From an uncultured bacterium (GTDB taxonomy: Bacteria > Acidobacteriota > HRBIN11 > JAKEFK01), in NCBI GenBank assembly GCA_963777505.1, contig CAVZQN010000004.1, positions 1,536,001-1,600,000 on the forward strand: DNA of 64,000 nt, written 5' to 3'. Both the position numbers and the translations under genes were made by a program. This document shows, piece by piece, positions 1-9,586 of the stretch. Positions within the stretch are counted from its first letter, which is position 1. Each line of letters starts with the position of its first letter. The notes under the pieces were generated by a model. That model did no database searches. It was not told where the DNA came from and was given only the letters and a program-made list of their open reading frames with translations.

Positions 1-122
1 ACTTTGAGAAATTGATATTGCGCTAAAACTTCGGCAGATGCGGTAGTAGTTTGAGCGGTTGCGGCAGCCGGGATTTGAAGAATAATCAGTGCTGTAAAAA
101 GAAATAGGGCGCGATTATTCAA
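1..122 (-). CDS. N-terminus of a secreted/outer-membrane protein running off the window, possibly TamA/BamA family (partial)
   Basis: TTG at 122 overlaps the tamB stop. The frame reads LNNRALFLFTALIILQIPAAATAQTTT..., which is signal-peptide-like. The identity is inferred only from its position next to tamB. Confidence 0.4.
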   Translation of the reverse strand, partial: MNNRALFLFTALIILQIPAAATAQTTTASAEVLAQYQFLK

Positions 123-2919
123 ATGTCTTAGTAACAAGAATATCAATTCCATATCGTGGGCGTTCGTCCTTGTACGCAGTTATCTGAATTTCATCAGTCA
201 GCCTATATTGAAGCAGAATAATTTCTTCTGCGACAGTGAACACATTCGTAGAGTATGTGACAGAAAAATCAGAAGAGATATCCTTTTCTAAGGTGACACG
301 TGCTGCCGCGGATTGGGTAGTATCACGTTCAACAAAGATCGGGTCAATTTGAAAGCGTTCAAGACCGAAGACACGTTTGAACTCGCGCTCCAATGGCGAG
401 GTAATGGGACTTGCAATAAAGTCGGAAAGTTGCTGCCCCGCAATTAAAGCGGCAGTATCTTGTACAGTGCTGCGTGTATATCCGCCTCCCAATAGAGCAT
501 AAATGTCATCTCTTGGCAGAGGTGGGTCGGAACTGATTTCATGATAAATACGATCAAAAGTTCCTGTGAAGTTTAAAGCAATGTTGTATTCTCGCACTCG
601 TGTTTCTGCGAAAAATGTCATCTGAGCTTCTATGCGATAGGGATTTTGAAAATCAAGACTTCCACGCGTAACTTTGTATTCGCGATCTCGAAAGGTAATA
701 GTACCTTCCGTAACATCAAGACGTCCAACCAGAACGGGATTATCAAGCGTGCCAATAAGATTTAAGTCAGCGGAGCTGCTCACGTTTGCAAAATTATTTC
801 GCACCATCAGGTTCCCATCCGATCGGATTCTTATATTGAGCTTGATTGGATTTTTTGCTGCAGCTGCGCCAGGAAGACCAGCAAAAGAAGGTACGCGTGC
901 GTAGGTGAAAAGATCCGGAGTTTCTTCAAAACTTCGGACATAAAGGCCTTGAAGAACATTGATTTCACCAACGAGGTAACTGGCATCAGACTGTCCTTGC
1001 AAATGAAGTTCTGCATCTACGGTACTTCGAAGACCTTCGGGAAAATGAATACGGATCCTTTCCGCGTATAAATCAAAACGATATGTTTGGAAGGAATATC
1101 CTTTCAGAACTGCAGAACCTCCGGCCGTAAGTTTCCCGCCGCTACTATTGGCTTGAAGCGATTGAAGTGTGATGTTTTTGTTTTTGAAGCTGACAAGAGC
1201 AGTAATGTCAGTAAGCGAGTTTGGAAAACTGAAATGACGGAAGAAACCGTTGTCGATTTCAAGCGCACCTGTCAATGCAGGGTCCTGAGTTGTACCTGTA
1301 ATTGAAATTCGTGCGGTTGTAACGCCGCTTGCGTTTATTTCCTTATCAAATTCTGAAAGAATTTCGAGGCCTATATCAGCCGCAAGATTCAGATCCATTC
1401 TCCATCCTTCACGTGGGTAGATATTTCCGGTAAGCTCAATGCTTGAATACGGCCCATTGAGCAGGCTGTCGGTTATTTCAATGACTTCGTCTGACAGTCT
1501 GATCTTTAACGGGCGTGCCTCTTTGAATTGGAGTCCAGCGAATTCGATTTGTATTGTATTGAGCGACCCTTCAAGGTGATCAATTTTCATCGGGTTCAAA
1601 TTTCCGGCGGTTTGGAAGCTTCCACCAAGCACTCCTACAAGATTTTCCACTTCAGGAAAATAGGCATGGGAAATGATTTCTAACGGAAAACTTTGTACAT
1701 CCATCTCTGCTTTGAATGGTAACAGTCCACTCAATTCCATTTCAGCAAGCATTGTACTTTTGATGCCTCGTGCAATTCCTGATGCTGCTATTTTCAAGTT
1801 TTCGTTAATTAACTGAATATCCCCAACAACATCTCCATATAACTCACCGCGATATTTCAAATCCTGAATCGAAAGGAAACCGGTGATTTGTGGTTGCGTA
1901 ATTGTGCCTTTTCCGTTTCCCGATGCAGAACCGAGTCCGCTCATTTCAATTCCGCTCCGTTTGAGCACCTGTAGTTTTTCAATCGGAATATTTTCTGCGG
2001 AAAATTCTACATTGTAATCATAATTTTCGAGGGTTAGATCACCGGAGGCTGTTGCAGATCCTCCATCGATAAACACTGTGATTTCGCGTAATCCAATTGA
2101 GTCAGGAAAAAATAGAACTTTTCCCTTGCCGCGCTGCCATTGCTCACCATAAAAAATACCAGGACCAGACTCAAATTCGGTTTGTCCTTCCAGCGCTTCA
2201 AAAAATCCTTTCAGTGTTATCGTGGCATTTACATTCGTTTCAATTGGAAGAACTAGATCGAAAGCTCCTGCAATGTCTTTTGCAGGATAGTTGTTGACTG
2301 AGCCTTCAAGTTCCAGGGCATCTTCCGTGCCGAGCCTTTTGTCGCCGAGAAAGAATTTTACGCGCGCCTGGCCTGTCGCATGTCCGGTACGCATACGCGA
2401 ATCAAAAACTTCAATCAGGTGGTCATAAAATAGAACTTCCGCTTCCACCTGGTCCATTAAGACACCGTGATAAGTCGTTTCACGGCCGATTACATTTCCA
2501 ATGATTCTTGGCCGGAATGGACTCCAAACGGTTTCAATAAGCCTCCCTTCAAAATCCGCTTTTCCCGTTACACGCCAAAATTCTTGCTCGCTTGCCGGGT
2601 CGTTACGGAAGTATGCAAACAGGTGATGGAAAATCAGATCGATTTCAGGAATTTTTTCAGAGTGCGAACGTACCATCAAATCTGCTTGTCCGGACATATC
2701 GATTGTGCCTTCAACTTCAGTTCTTGTATAAGGCGTTTGAGTAATCGATTGAATATTCCGCAGCTGCTTCCCTTCGATTCGGAAAGTGGTTTCGTTCTTG
2801 ACAGGCAAAACAAAGGGCTGGGAGTATAACGAATTATCGAAATCGCTTGTTTCTGCAGCTGTTGGCAAGTCTGGCCGCTTGCGCAGTTGTGGGTTCCAGC
2901 ATGAATTTAAAGTCTCCAT
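115..2919 (-). CDS. tamB: Translocation/assembly module TamB, C-terminal part (frameshifted from 2834..4108)
   Basis: Long beta-rich AsmA/TamB-type repeats. The C-terminal segment (SADLNLIGTLDNPVLVGRL...SSDPPL...RVTLEKDIS) is typical of the TamB/DUF490 domain. Confidence 0.8.
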   Translation of the reverse strand: METLNSCWNPQLRKRPDLPTAAETSDFDNSLYSQPFVLPVKNETTFRIEGKQLRNIQSITQTPYTRTEVEGTIDMSGQADLMVRSHSEKIPEIDLIFHHLFAYFRNDPASEQEFWRVTGKADFEGRLIETVWSPFRPRIIGNVIGRETTYHGVLMDQVEAEVLFYDHLIEVFDSRMRTGHATGQARVKFFLGDKRLGTEDALELEGSVNNYPAKDIAGAFDLVLPIETNVNATITLKGFFEALEGQTEFESGPGIFYGEQWQRGKGKVLFFPDSIGLREITVFIDGGSATASGDLTLENYDYNVEFSAENIPIEKLQVLKRSGIEMSGLGSASGNGKGTITQPQITGFLSIQDLKYRGELYGDVVGDIQLINENLKIAASGIARGIKSTMLAEMELSGLLPFKAEMDVQSFPLEIISHAYFPEVENLVGVLGGSFQTAGNLNPMKIDHLEGSLNTIQIEFAGLQFKEARPLKIRLSDEVIEITDSLLNGPYSSIELTGNIYPREGWRMDLNLAADIGLEILSEFDKEINASGVTTARISITGTTQDPALTGALEIDNGFFRHFSFPNSLTDITALVSFKNKNITLQSLQANSSGGKLTAGGSAVLKGYSFQTYRFDLYAERIRIHFPEGLRSTVDAELHLQGQSDASYLVGEINVLQGLYVRSFEETPDLFTYARVPSFAGLPGAAAAKNPIKLNIRIRSDGNLMVRNNFANVSSSADLNLIGTLDNPVLVGRLDVTEGTITFRDREYKVTRGSLDFQNPYRIEAQMTFFAETRVREYNIALNFTGTFDRIYHEISSDPPLPRDDIYALLGGGYTRSTVQDTAALIAGQQLSDFIASPITSPLEREFKRVFGLERFQIDPIFVERDTTQSAAARVTLEKDISSDFSVTYSTNVFTVAEEIILLQYRLTDEIQITAYKDERPRYGIDILVTKTFE

Positions 2920-4108
2920 TCATTTCTTTAAACCGGCCTTCTTCCCAGGTCATGTCTGCCGAACCGGAACCTTTCACAGGGAGAATGAGATTTTTCATGC
3001 GGACAAAATCGCCTAACTTCCTGCCATCCCAGTTGTTAAACTTTGCATCAGTCTTATAAATGGATTTTCCTTTCAATGGTGCAACGGAAAAATTACCATC
3101 GTAATTTCCTTCGAACATATTGGCTTTGATGTTCGTCACATTGAGCCAATTGTCCGTCATATCCAGATCGAATTCTGCACGGTCGATTGGCAAAGAATAA
3201 AAAATGAAATTCTTGAAATTTCCACGACCTTGCATTCGGAAACGGCTGAATGTTCCTTTGTAAACGGCGCGGTAATTTCCCCATCCTGACATTTCAGGAC
3301 CGAGGTGGAACATTTTCTTTGCCTGATCGATGCTTAGACGCGATCGGATCCTGAAATCAAAGAAAGGATCTTTCAGGTTGTACATTTCTCCGGTCATATA
3401 AAATTTGGATTGATTGGATAAAACATCGAGACGTTGAAACAGGATCCGGCCGCCAATGATTTGATAATTGGACTTCAAGTCAAATTTGAAAAACTCAAAG
3501 TTCTGAATCTTTAGATAGCCATCTTTGAAGTTTGTAGTCGCCCGGTAATTTTTTTGTTTCTTATCGTACTCGGCGAACGTCTCCAAATCTGTAACTGAAA
3601 AAGAAACCGGAACGCGCCTTTGGTCAACGATTACGGTCATGTTATCGCAATCGACTTTATTGATAACGAAATCTACTCCGCCTTTTTTTTGTTCCTTTCG
3701 TGGCTTTGTTTTGGGCCAGTTGTTTCCGCCTTCTTTGTAGAAGACTATGTTGATCTCCGGTTTATCCAAGCGAACTTCAGAGATTCGGAGCTTACCGCGA
3801 AATGCGTGCCGCCACGAGACATCGGCATAGATTGCACGGGCACGAAAGAATTCCTTATCCGGACTTCTGGGATCATTTCCAATAACAAAATCGTTGAGCT
3901 GAACATCCAGAAAAAATGGATTGAACGAAACAGATCCGACGGTGATTTTTCTATCGATGGCTTTGCCAAGCCGTTCCTGAATCTGTCTTTTGATGAATTG
4001 ATCGAAATAGTTACTGTTGAGGAAAATGGCAAGAGCGATAAAAATGAACGCAGTCGTGATCAGAATAATTTTGACTGCTTTGGCTGAGAAATGAAAAACC
4101 CGCTTCAT
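2834..4108 (-). CDS. tamB: TamB/AsmA-like N-terminal part with membrane anchor; likely one gene with 115..2919
   Basis: N-terminal TM helix followed by an AsmA-like region (LRISEVRLDKPEINI). It overlaps the downstream ORF in the +1 frame near 2870. Confidence 0.7.
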   Translation of the reverse strand: MKRVFHFSAKAVKIILITTAFIFIALAIFLNSNYFDQFIKRQIQERLGKAIDRKITVGSVSFNPFFLDVQLNDFVIGNDPRSPDKEFFRARAIYADVSWRHAFRGKLRISEVRLDKPEINIVFYKEGGNNWPKTKPRKEQKKGGVDFVINKVDCDNMTVIVDQRRVPVSFSVTDLETFAEYDKKQKNYRATTNFKDGYLKIQNFEFFKFDLKSNYQIIGGRILFQRLDVLSNQSKFYMTGEMYNLKDPFFDFRIRSRLSIDQAKKMFHLGPEMSGWGNYRAVYKGTFSRFRMQGRGNFKNFIFYSLPIDRAEFDLDMTDNWLNVTNIKANMFEGNYDGNFSVAPLKGKSIYKTDAKFNNWDGRKLGDFVRMKNLILPVKGSGSADMTWEEGRFKEMNGDFKFMLEPTTAQAARLANSCRNKRFR

Positions 4109-4206
4109 CCAGTTGTTTCTCTAGCAGCACCCAGTGGTACTTATATATCCTTTTCTCGAAAATACAAAGGTACTGCCTAACTACAACTTGTGCCAGTGGA
4201 AGCGCT

Positions 4207-4230
4207 ATCTCGCATCTCTCATCTCTCATC
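4207..4230. repeat. 7-mer tandem repeat ATCTC(G/T)C x3
   Basis: atctcgc atctctc atctctc atc. Same family as 39394-39428 and 61850-61864. Confidence 0.55.
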
Positions 4231-4283
4231 AATTTCTAAAAACCCCATCATTCTGCATTCACACACAGTGTATAATTACCGCA

Positions 4284-5636
4284 ATGAAGACTTTCCCGGT
4301 CAGCAAGATCAGGATTTTCCGGCGTTGGATCAGCTTGCTGGAAATTGAGGGTAAGACTCAATACCTTCGTGAATTGGAAATGTGGCTGAAGAGCTTCGAA
4401 CGCTACTTCAGTGTTGCAAATCTTCCACTATCTGAAGATGAACATCGGCAATCAACTCTTCGCGATTATTCAGAAGAAGTTAAAATCGTAAGCGATGTCA
4501 TCTTTCGCGTTTCTCAGCTTTGCACTCTTCTTTTATCAGAAGAACAGGTGAGTTATTCAAGTTTTGCCAAATATATCGAAAACTCGCTTCGGCAGGATTA
4601 CTTTACAGACAGCTACATTCGCAAACTGATCCGCGATCAGCGTCCTGTTCGCAACATGAATCTTTTAATGGAAGCACTTCTGGATGTACGAACTCTCATC
4701 ATCGAATTATCGCGTCTAAGTAAGATTCCCTATTTAAGCTTTGCAAGTGTTGGCAGAATTATTAATCGGGAAATAAGGAAAGGCGTTTATTTTGACTTTT
4801 TCCTTGATCGAAAGTTCGAAACCTTTTTTGATAAAGTAAGTAATCCGCATATCGTTCGGATCGTTAAGTCAATTCAAATACCGCAGTATAAGCGTTCTAT
4901 CGCGGTCATATTTCTTGAATTTTTCAGGGTATTAAGATATCTCCACGCCGTGACAATGCAGATGCAGGATGCTCACGCGCTCAAGCGATCACTTCTGATC
5001 TTTTCACTGATTCAAGCTGAATTGAAGTGGATCATTTTGTATTTGGATGAACAGTATCTTCGCAAGGAACATCCGGATTCAAACTTTACGGAGTTGATTG
5101 ATGGAGTTAAGTATTCGCTTTCAATGGAGTTGAAGAAAGTCATGCGCCGTGAGTTGCTTGGAACGGCGGGGCTTCGTCAATACGATTTGATTTACACGAA
5201 AATCCAAAACAGCCAGGGGATTTTGTTGAATTCGGTTCAGCAAATCGTTTTTTCCATTGCTCATTACTTTGATCCAAGACTTGAAGGACATGAAATTTTT
5301 CCAGACTACGTTACGAGGCTTGATCAATCCATTAAGCTGCGATCGGATATTTACGAGCTTCGTCACTTTATCGGGAAAATTTTGAGAGAAGGAGATTTAA
5401 TGGAATTGGCTGCCATCATCAAAAAGATTGAATGGTTCCGCATTGGCAGCATGAAGTTTCTTATGTACAAAGATTGGGTTGATTTTGACAACTTTTATCA
5501 CGAAATTCAGGCCTGCAGAACGAGCGGAAATTTGAACTTTTCTCTTCATCGCCTTTATACTTTTCTTACCACTTTGATCAAAGAGGTAAATAAGCGCTCA
5601 ATCTTGTCCAATTACCCACTGGAAAAGCCTCTATAG
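4284..5636 (+). CDS. Hypothetical all-helical cytoplasmic protein (~450 aa)
   Basis: Long ORF with ATG at 4284, just downstream of TGTATAAT (4269-4276). No recognisable motif. Confidence 0.7.
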   Translation: MKTFPVSKIRIFRRWISLLEIEGKTQYLRELEMWLKSFERYFSVANLPLSEDEHRQSTLRDYSEEVKIVSDVIFRVSQLCTLLLSEEQVSYSSFAKYIENSLRQDYFTDSYIRKLIRDQRPVRNMNLLMEALLDVRTLIIELSRLSKIPYLSFASVGRIINREIRKGVYFDFFLDRKFETFFDKVSNPHIVRIVKSIQIPQYKRSIAVIFLEFFRVLRYLHAVTMQMQDAHALKRSLLIFSLIQAELKWIILYLDEQYLRKEHPDSNFTELIDGVKYSLSMELKKVMRRELLGTAGLRQYDLIYTKIQNSQGILLNSVQQIVFSIAHYFDPRLEGHEIFPDYVTRLDQSIKLRSDIYELRHFIGKILREGDLMELAAIIKKIEWFRIGSMKFLMYKDWVDFDNFYHEIQACRTSGNLNFSLHRLYTFLTTLIKEVNKRSILSNYPLEKPL

Positions 5637-5643
5637 TTATTTT

Positions 5644-5815
5644 GTAGCTACGCGGGAAAGGCAGGGGAGCAGAGGTGCAAGGGAGCAGGGGAGAGTGCAA
5701 GGATTAATTTCTTTTTAGCTTCGCGCAAACTTTGAGCGAAGCTACAAACAACTTAATGATTTCACTCTCCCTTTCTCCCCTGCTCCCTTTCTCCCCTGCA
5801 TTCGGGCGAAGCTAC
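5644..5815. repeat. Inverted-repeat cassette with 8-mer (AGGGGAGC-type) arms, GTAG-like termini and an internal hairpin
   Basis: Arms 5644-5697 and 5763-5815 are imperfect reverse complements. The internal stem is tagcttcgc (5716-5724) / gcgaagcta (5736-5744). Confidence 0.8.
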
Positions 5816-5838
5816 TAACGAACTTATCCCTTGAAATA

Positions 5839-5867
5839 TTGACTTCACGTCCATACTTTTGTATAGT
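5839..5867 (+). promoter_or_regulatory. sigma70-type promoter of the rplU operon
   Basis: TTGACT-17 bp-TATAGT upstream of rplU. Confidence 0.65.
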
Positions 5868-5899
5868 TCTCGGTTCATACAATTTTGGAGGTAGGAGAA

Positions 5900-6211
5900 G
5901 TGTACGCAATCATTGAGAATGGCGGGAAGCAATATAAAGTTGCCCCTGGCGATATCGTCAAGCTTGAAATTGGCGAAGAGAAACAGGGATCCCGCTTTGA
6001 ACCGGGAACTTTATTATTTCTTTTCAACGATCAGGATTATTTTGCAGGCGATAAAATTCCCGCAAAAGCAAAGGTCGAAGCTTCAGTAGTGGAGACTGGC
6101 AAAGACAAAAAGGTTCTTATATTCAAGAAAAAACGCCGCAAACAATATCAACGTACTAATGGACATCGCCAGCAGTTTATGCGTGTGCGGATTGAATCGA
6201 TTAGCTGGTAG
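5900..6211 (+). CDS. rplU: 50S ribosomal protein L21
   Basis: MYAIIENGGKQYKV...FKKKRRKQYQRTNGHRQ. GTG start at 5900 after a GGAGG/AGGAG RBS. Confidence 0.97.
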   Translation: MYAIIENGGKQYKVAPGDIVKLEIGEEKQGSRFEPGTLLFLFNDQDYFAGDKIPAKAKVEASVVETGKDKKVLIFKKKRRKQYQRTNGHRQQFMRVRIESISW

Positions 6212-6244
6212 AAACGGGAATCAAAGAGAAAGTGAGGAAATATT

Positions 6245-6505
6245 ATGGCTCATAAAAAAGGGCAAGGCAGTTCAAGAAATGGCCGAGATAGCCAGCCAAA
6301 ATTTCTGAGTGTTAAAAGATTTGCCGGCCAATATGTACTCGGTGGCAGCATTTTGGTCCGTCAACGTGGGACGCGATTTAAGCCTGGTTCATTTGTGGGA
6401 ATGGGTCGCGATCATACACTCTTCGCGTTAAGAGATGGCGTAGTTCATTTCGAAGATAAAGGCAGCTCAGGTCGTTACATTAGCATCCACCCTGCAGAGA
6501 ATTAA
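6245..6505 (+). CDS. rpmA: 50S ribosomal protein L27
   Basis: [16 protein letters not shown]...[10 protein letters not shown]. Confidence 0.98.
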   Translation: MAHKKGQGSSRNGRDSQPKFLSVKRFAGQYVLGGSILVRQRGTRFKPGSFVGMGRDHTLFALRDGVVHFEDKGSSGRYISIHPAEN

Positions 6506-6561
6506 TAACATCAGTGAGGATCGGAAGATTCCGATCCTCCCTTCCTTATTCTAAAAATCCA

Positions 6562-7560
6562 ATGTTCATTGATGAAGCCAAGATACACATCCAGGCAGGT
6601 CGTGGTGGACGTGGTTGTGTCAGCTTTCGCCGTGAAAAATTTGTTCCTCGTGGCGGTCCCGATGGAGGAGATGGCGGAAAAGGTGGAAATGTTTTTCTTA
6701 AAGCTTCAAGCAGATTGAATACACTCTTAGACTTTCGCTATCGTAAGCATTTCAAATCGGAACGCGGTCTGCATGGCAAAGGCAGCAATCAAACAGGGCG
6801 ATCCGCAGAAGACATTTGGATAGTAGTCCCACGCGGAACTGTTGTACGCGATGCTGAGTCCGGTGAAACCATTGCAGATCTCGATCAGGATGGTGCAACG
6901 ATTCTTGTAGCTCGCGGGGGAAGAGGTGGACGTGGAAATTCTCATTACGTTACTTCTTCATCGCAGGCTCCTGAGTTTGCCCAGGATGGTGAGCCAGGAG
7001 AAGAGCGTACGTTGGAGTTAGAATTAAAACTTCTTGCAGACGCAGGATTGGTCGGCTTACCGAATGCCGGTAAATCAACACTTCTTTCAAGAATCTCGGC
7101 TGCTCGACCAAAAATTGCAGCATACCCTTTCACCACACTTGCACCTCTGCTGGGTGTAGTTCGGCTCGATGAGAACTTATCGATGGTAGTCGCGGATATT
7201 CCTGGGTTAATTGAAGGTGCCTCGTCAGGTCATGGACTCGGCTTACAGTTTCTCAGGCATATTGAGCGCACCCGTATCCTGCTTCACTTAATCGATATCT
7301 CTGATGAACAGCCCGAAGAGCCGACTGAACGATTTAAGGTGATACGCAATGAAATGGCTCAATATGGTCATGGAATTAATTCCAAAGCGCAGATCATAGT
7401 CGGGACTAAACTCGATGCAATGAATGAAAAACGATTGAAGCAGCTTCAGAATTTTGCAAAGCGTCAAGAGATTCCTTTCGTTGCAATCTCAGCAGTCACA
7501 GGTGAAGGCATCGATGAACTCCTGCAATTAATGAGACGCGAGTTTGTAAACCCGTCATAA
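6562..7560 (+). CDS. obgE: GTPase ObgE/CgtA
   Basis: MFIDEAKI...FRREKFVPRGGPDGGDGG, GLPNAGKS, YPFTT, DIPG, TKLD. Follows rplU-rpmA. Confidence 0.97.
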   Translation: MFIDEAKIHIQAGRGGRGCVSFRREKFVPRGGPDGGDGGKGGNVFLKASSRLNTLLDFRYRKHFKSERGLHGKGSNQTGRSAEDIWIVVPRGTVVRDAESGETIADLDQDGATILVARGGRGGRGNSHYVTSSSQAPEFAQDGEPGEERTLELELKLLADAGLVGLPNAGKSTLLSRISAARPKIAAYPFTTLAPLLGVVRLDENLSMVVADIPGLIEGASSGHGLGLQFLRHIERTRILLHLIDISDEQPEEPTERFKVIRNEMAQYGHGINSKAQIIVGTKLDAMNEKRLKQLQNFAKRQEIPFVAISAVTGEGIDELLQLMRREFVNPS

Positions 7561-7568
7561 TAAGACTT

Positions 7569-8186
7569 ATGCGGATTGGAATCTTTGGCGGCACTTTTGA
7601 CCCGCCCCATTTCGGACACCTCGTTCCGGTAGAGTCCGTTGTTCAAGAGGTGAGTCTGGATGCAGTCCATTACATGCCCGCTTATATACCGCCCCACAAA
7701 AGAAATGAGCTGTTAACCGACCCATACCACAGGACTGCAATGCTTGCGCTCGCCATTCAGCACTATCCAAAATACCGCCTGCTACCTCTTGAACTTGATA
7801 AGGGGAAAGTGTCCTTTACGGTAGATACAATCCGGGAAGTTAGACAACTACAGGCGCCTGAGGATACCTTTTATTTCATAATCGGTACAGATTCATTCCT
7901 GGAAATCGATACCTGGTACGAATATGAAAATTTGATTCAATTGTGCAATTTTATTATCATTAATCGCGGAACCGGGGAAACGGAACTGATCGAAAAGTTA
8001 AAGTACCTGGAAACGACACTGCATCAAAATCTGAAAGATACATTCCATTTCGCATCAAACGCGATTTTTCCAATTTCTTCAACAGAAATCCGCGCAGCCG
8101 CTGCTGAAGGCAAATCATTAAAAGGACTTGTTCCTGATGAAGTTGCTAATTATATTCAACGGCATGCGCTATATCAGCGGAGGTGA
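7569..8186 (+). CDS. nadD: Nicotinate-nucleotide adenylyltransferase
   Basis: GIFGGTFDPPHFGH, FIIGTDS and ISSTEIR motifs. Confidence 0.95.
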   Translation: MRIGIFGGTFDPPHFGHLVPVESVVQEVSLDAVHYMPAYIPPHKRNELLTDPYHRTAMLALAIQHYPKYRLLPLELDKGKVSFTVDTIREVRQLQAPEDTFYFIIGTDSFLEIDTWYEYENLIQLCNFIIINRGTGETELIEKLKYLETTLHQNLKDTFHFASNAIFPISSTEIRAAAAEGKSLKGLVPDEVANYIQRHALYQRR

Positions 8187-8563
8187 AACTCACAATTTTG
8201 AATAAAGAATTGCAAACAGTGATCGAATCTGTGCAAGAAAAAAAAGCACGAGAGATTACGGTTCTCGACTTGAAGGGAATTGCGTCATTTACAGATTATT
8301 TCGTTCTCTGCAATGGAGAATCAGAACCGCAAATCAAATCGATTTTCAAAAATATTGATGAAAAGATGTCTGCACTCGGGATCAATCCAGATCATGTGGA
8401 AGGTCGTGCGGAAAATGGATGGGTTTTGATGGACTATGATGATTTTGTGGTTCATATCTTCTCGCCGGAGAAACGTACGTACTATGATTTAGAAAGGTTA
8501 TGGGCCGATGTTCCTCGTTTGAAAGTAGATGAGGAACCGGCGCTAAAGACCGTTGTAAGGTGA
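8183..8563 (+). CDS. rsfS: Ribosome silencing factor RsfS
   Basis: WVLMDYDDFVVHIF...RTYYDLERLW. Conserved position after nadD. Confidence 0.95.
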   Translation: MKLTILNKELQTVIESVQEKKAREITVLDLKGIASFTDYFVLCNGESEPQIKSIFKNIDEKMSALGINPDHVEGRAENGWVLMDYDDFVVHIFSPEKRTYYDLERLWADVPRLKVDEEPALKTVVR

Positions 8564-8599
8564 ATTCTCGCTACAAAGAGCACTTAAAGGTAAAATGGA

Positions 8600-8620
8600 C
8601 TCTGTGCCTTTGTGGTGAAT
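8600..8620 (+). repeat. 9-mer-doublet junction repeat (family A)
   Basis: ctctgtgcctttgtggtgaat. 8603-8620 is the exact reverse complement of 9551-9568. Confidence 0.75.
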
Positions 8621-9586
8621 ATGCTGCTGGATGAAATTCAGACTCGAAGTTCGGCTTTTTCCAGCACATTAGCTTTAATACGGCGCGTTTCCAGTACAGA
8701 TACAAATATTTTGCTGGCCGGAGAAACGGGCAGTGGAAAGGATTTTGTTGCCGGTTTGATTCACGACGCAAGCCCCCGCCGTTCTGCCCCTTTTCTAAAA
8801 ATTGACTGCGCTTCAATTCCATCCTCACTCGCTGAAAGCGAATTCTTTGGCTATGAAAAAGGAGCTTTTAGCGACGCTTATCAATCAAGAACAGGAAAAC
8901 TAAGACTCGCTGACGGCGGTACTCTTTATTTCGACGGCATCAATCATTTACCCGCAAGAATTCAATCCAAACTCCTTCGATTTGTTCAGGAGCGAAATGT
9001 TGAACCCCTTGGAGGTACCAGAACATATTCCGTGGATTGCCGGTTGATCGCTTCTTGCACCGCACCAGTCAAAACATGCTTGAAAGAAAAACAATTGCGT
9101 GAAGATTTGTACTTCAGATTGGCAGGTGTACTGATTGAACTTCCGCCTCTTAAAAATAGGATTGAAGATCTGGAAATTCTAATCTCAAATATTTTGGAAG
9201 AATTGTCACAGAAGTATCGGAAAAACCCCGCCGTATCCGAGAATTCGATGAAATTGTTAAAAGAATATGCATGGCCTGGAAATATTCGCGAACTGCGTAA
9301 TGTTTTGGAGCGCGCTGTCATTCATGGCAATCATCCGATTCAGCCGGGCGACTTAGTTTTTAATCAATCTGCAGCCGATGCTTCGTACCTGGCTCACGCT
9401 GCGGATCGGATGATTAGTCTAGAAGATCTTGAAAGCAGGTATATTACCGAAGTTTTAAGGCACGTTCGAGGTCATCTTGGAAAAGCGGCCACAATCTTAA
9501 ACATCAATCGCAAAACGCTGCTTGAAAAACGGAAAAAATACGGGGTTCAGATTCACCACAAAGGCACAAAGAAGAATAAACAATGA
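8621..9586 (+). CDS. sigma54-interaction-type AAA+ / Fis-HTH regulator without an N-terminal sensor domain (degenerate)
   Basis: GETGSGKD Walker A, ESEFFGYEKGAFSDA, WPGNIREL, C-terminal HTH. Walker B reads LYFDG. Alternative GTG start at 8612. Confidence 0.85.
   Translation: MLLDEIQTRSSAFSSTLALIRRVSSTDTNILLAGETGSGKDFVAGLIHDASPRRSAPFLKIDCASIPSSLAESEFFGYEKGAFSDAYQSRTGKLRLADGGTLYFDGINHLPARIQSKLLRFVQERNVEPLGGTRTYSVDCRLIASCTAPVKTCLKEKQLREDLYFRLAGVLIELPPLKNRIEDLEILISNILEELSQKYRKNPAVSENSMKLLKEYAWPGNIRELRNVLERAVIHGNHPIQPGDLVFNQSAADASYLAHAADRMISLEDLESRYITEVLRHVRGHLGKAATILNINRKTLLEKRKKYGVQIHHKGTKKNKQ
9551..9571 (-). repeat. 9-mer-doublet junction repeat (family A)
   Basis: attcaccacaaaggcacaaag, inside the last codons of the AAA gene. 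Confidence 0.75.

Noticed and set aside
5637-5899. Ribosomal protein leader RNA before rplU
   Set aside because: The structured region lies upstream of the predicted promoter and matches a repeat family found elsewhere in the window.
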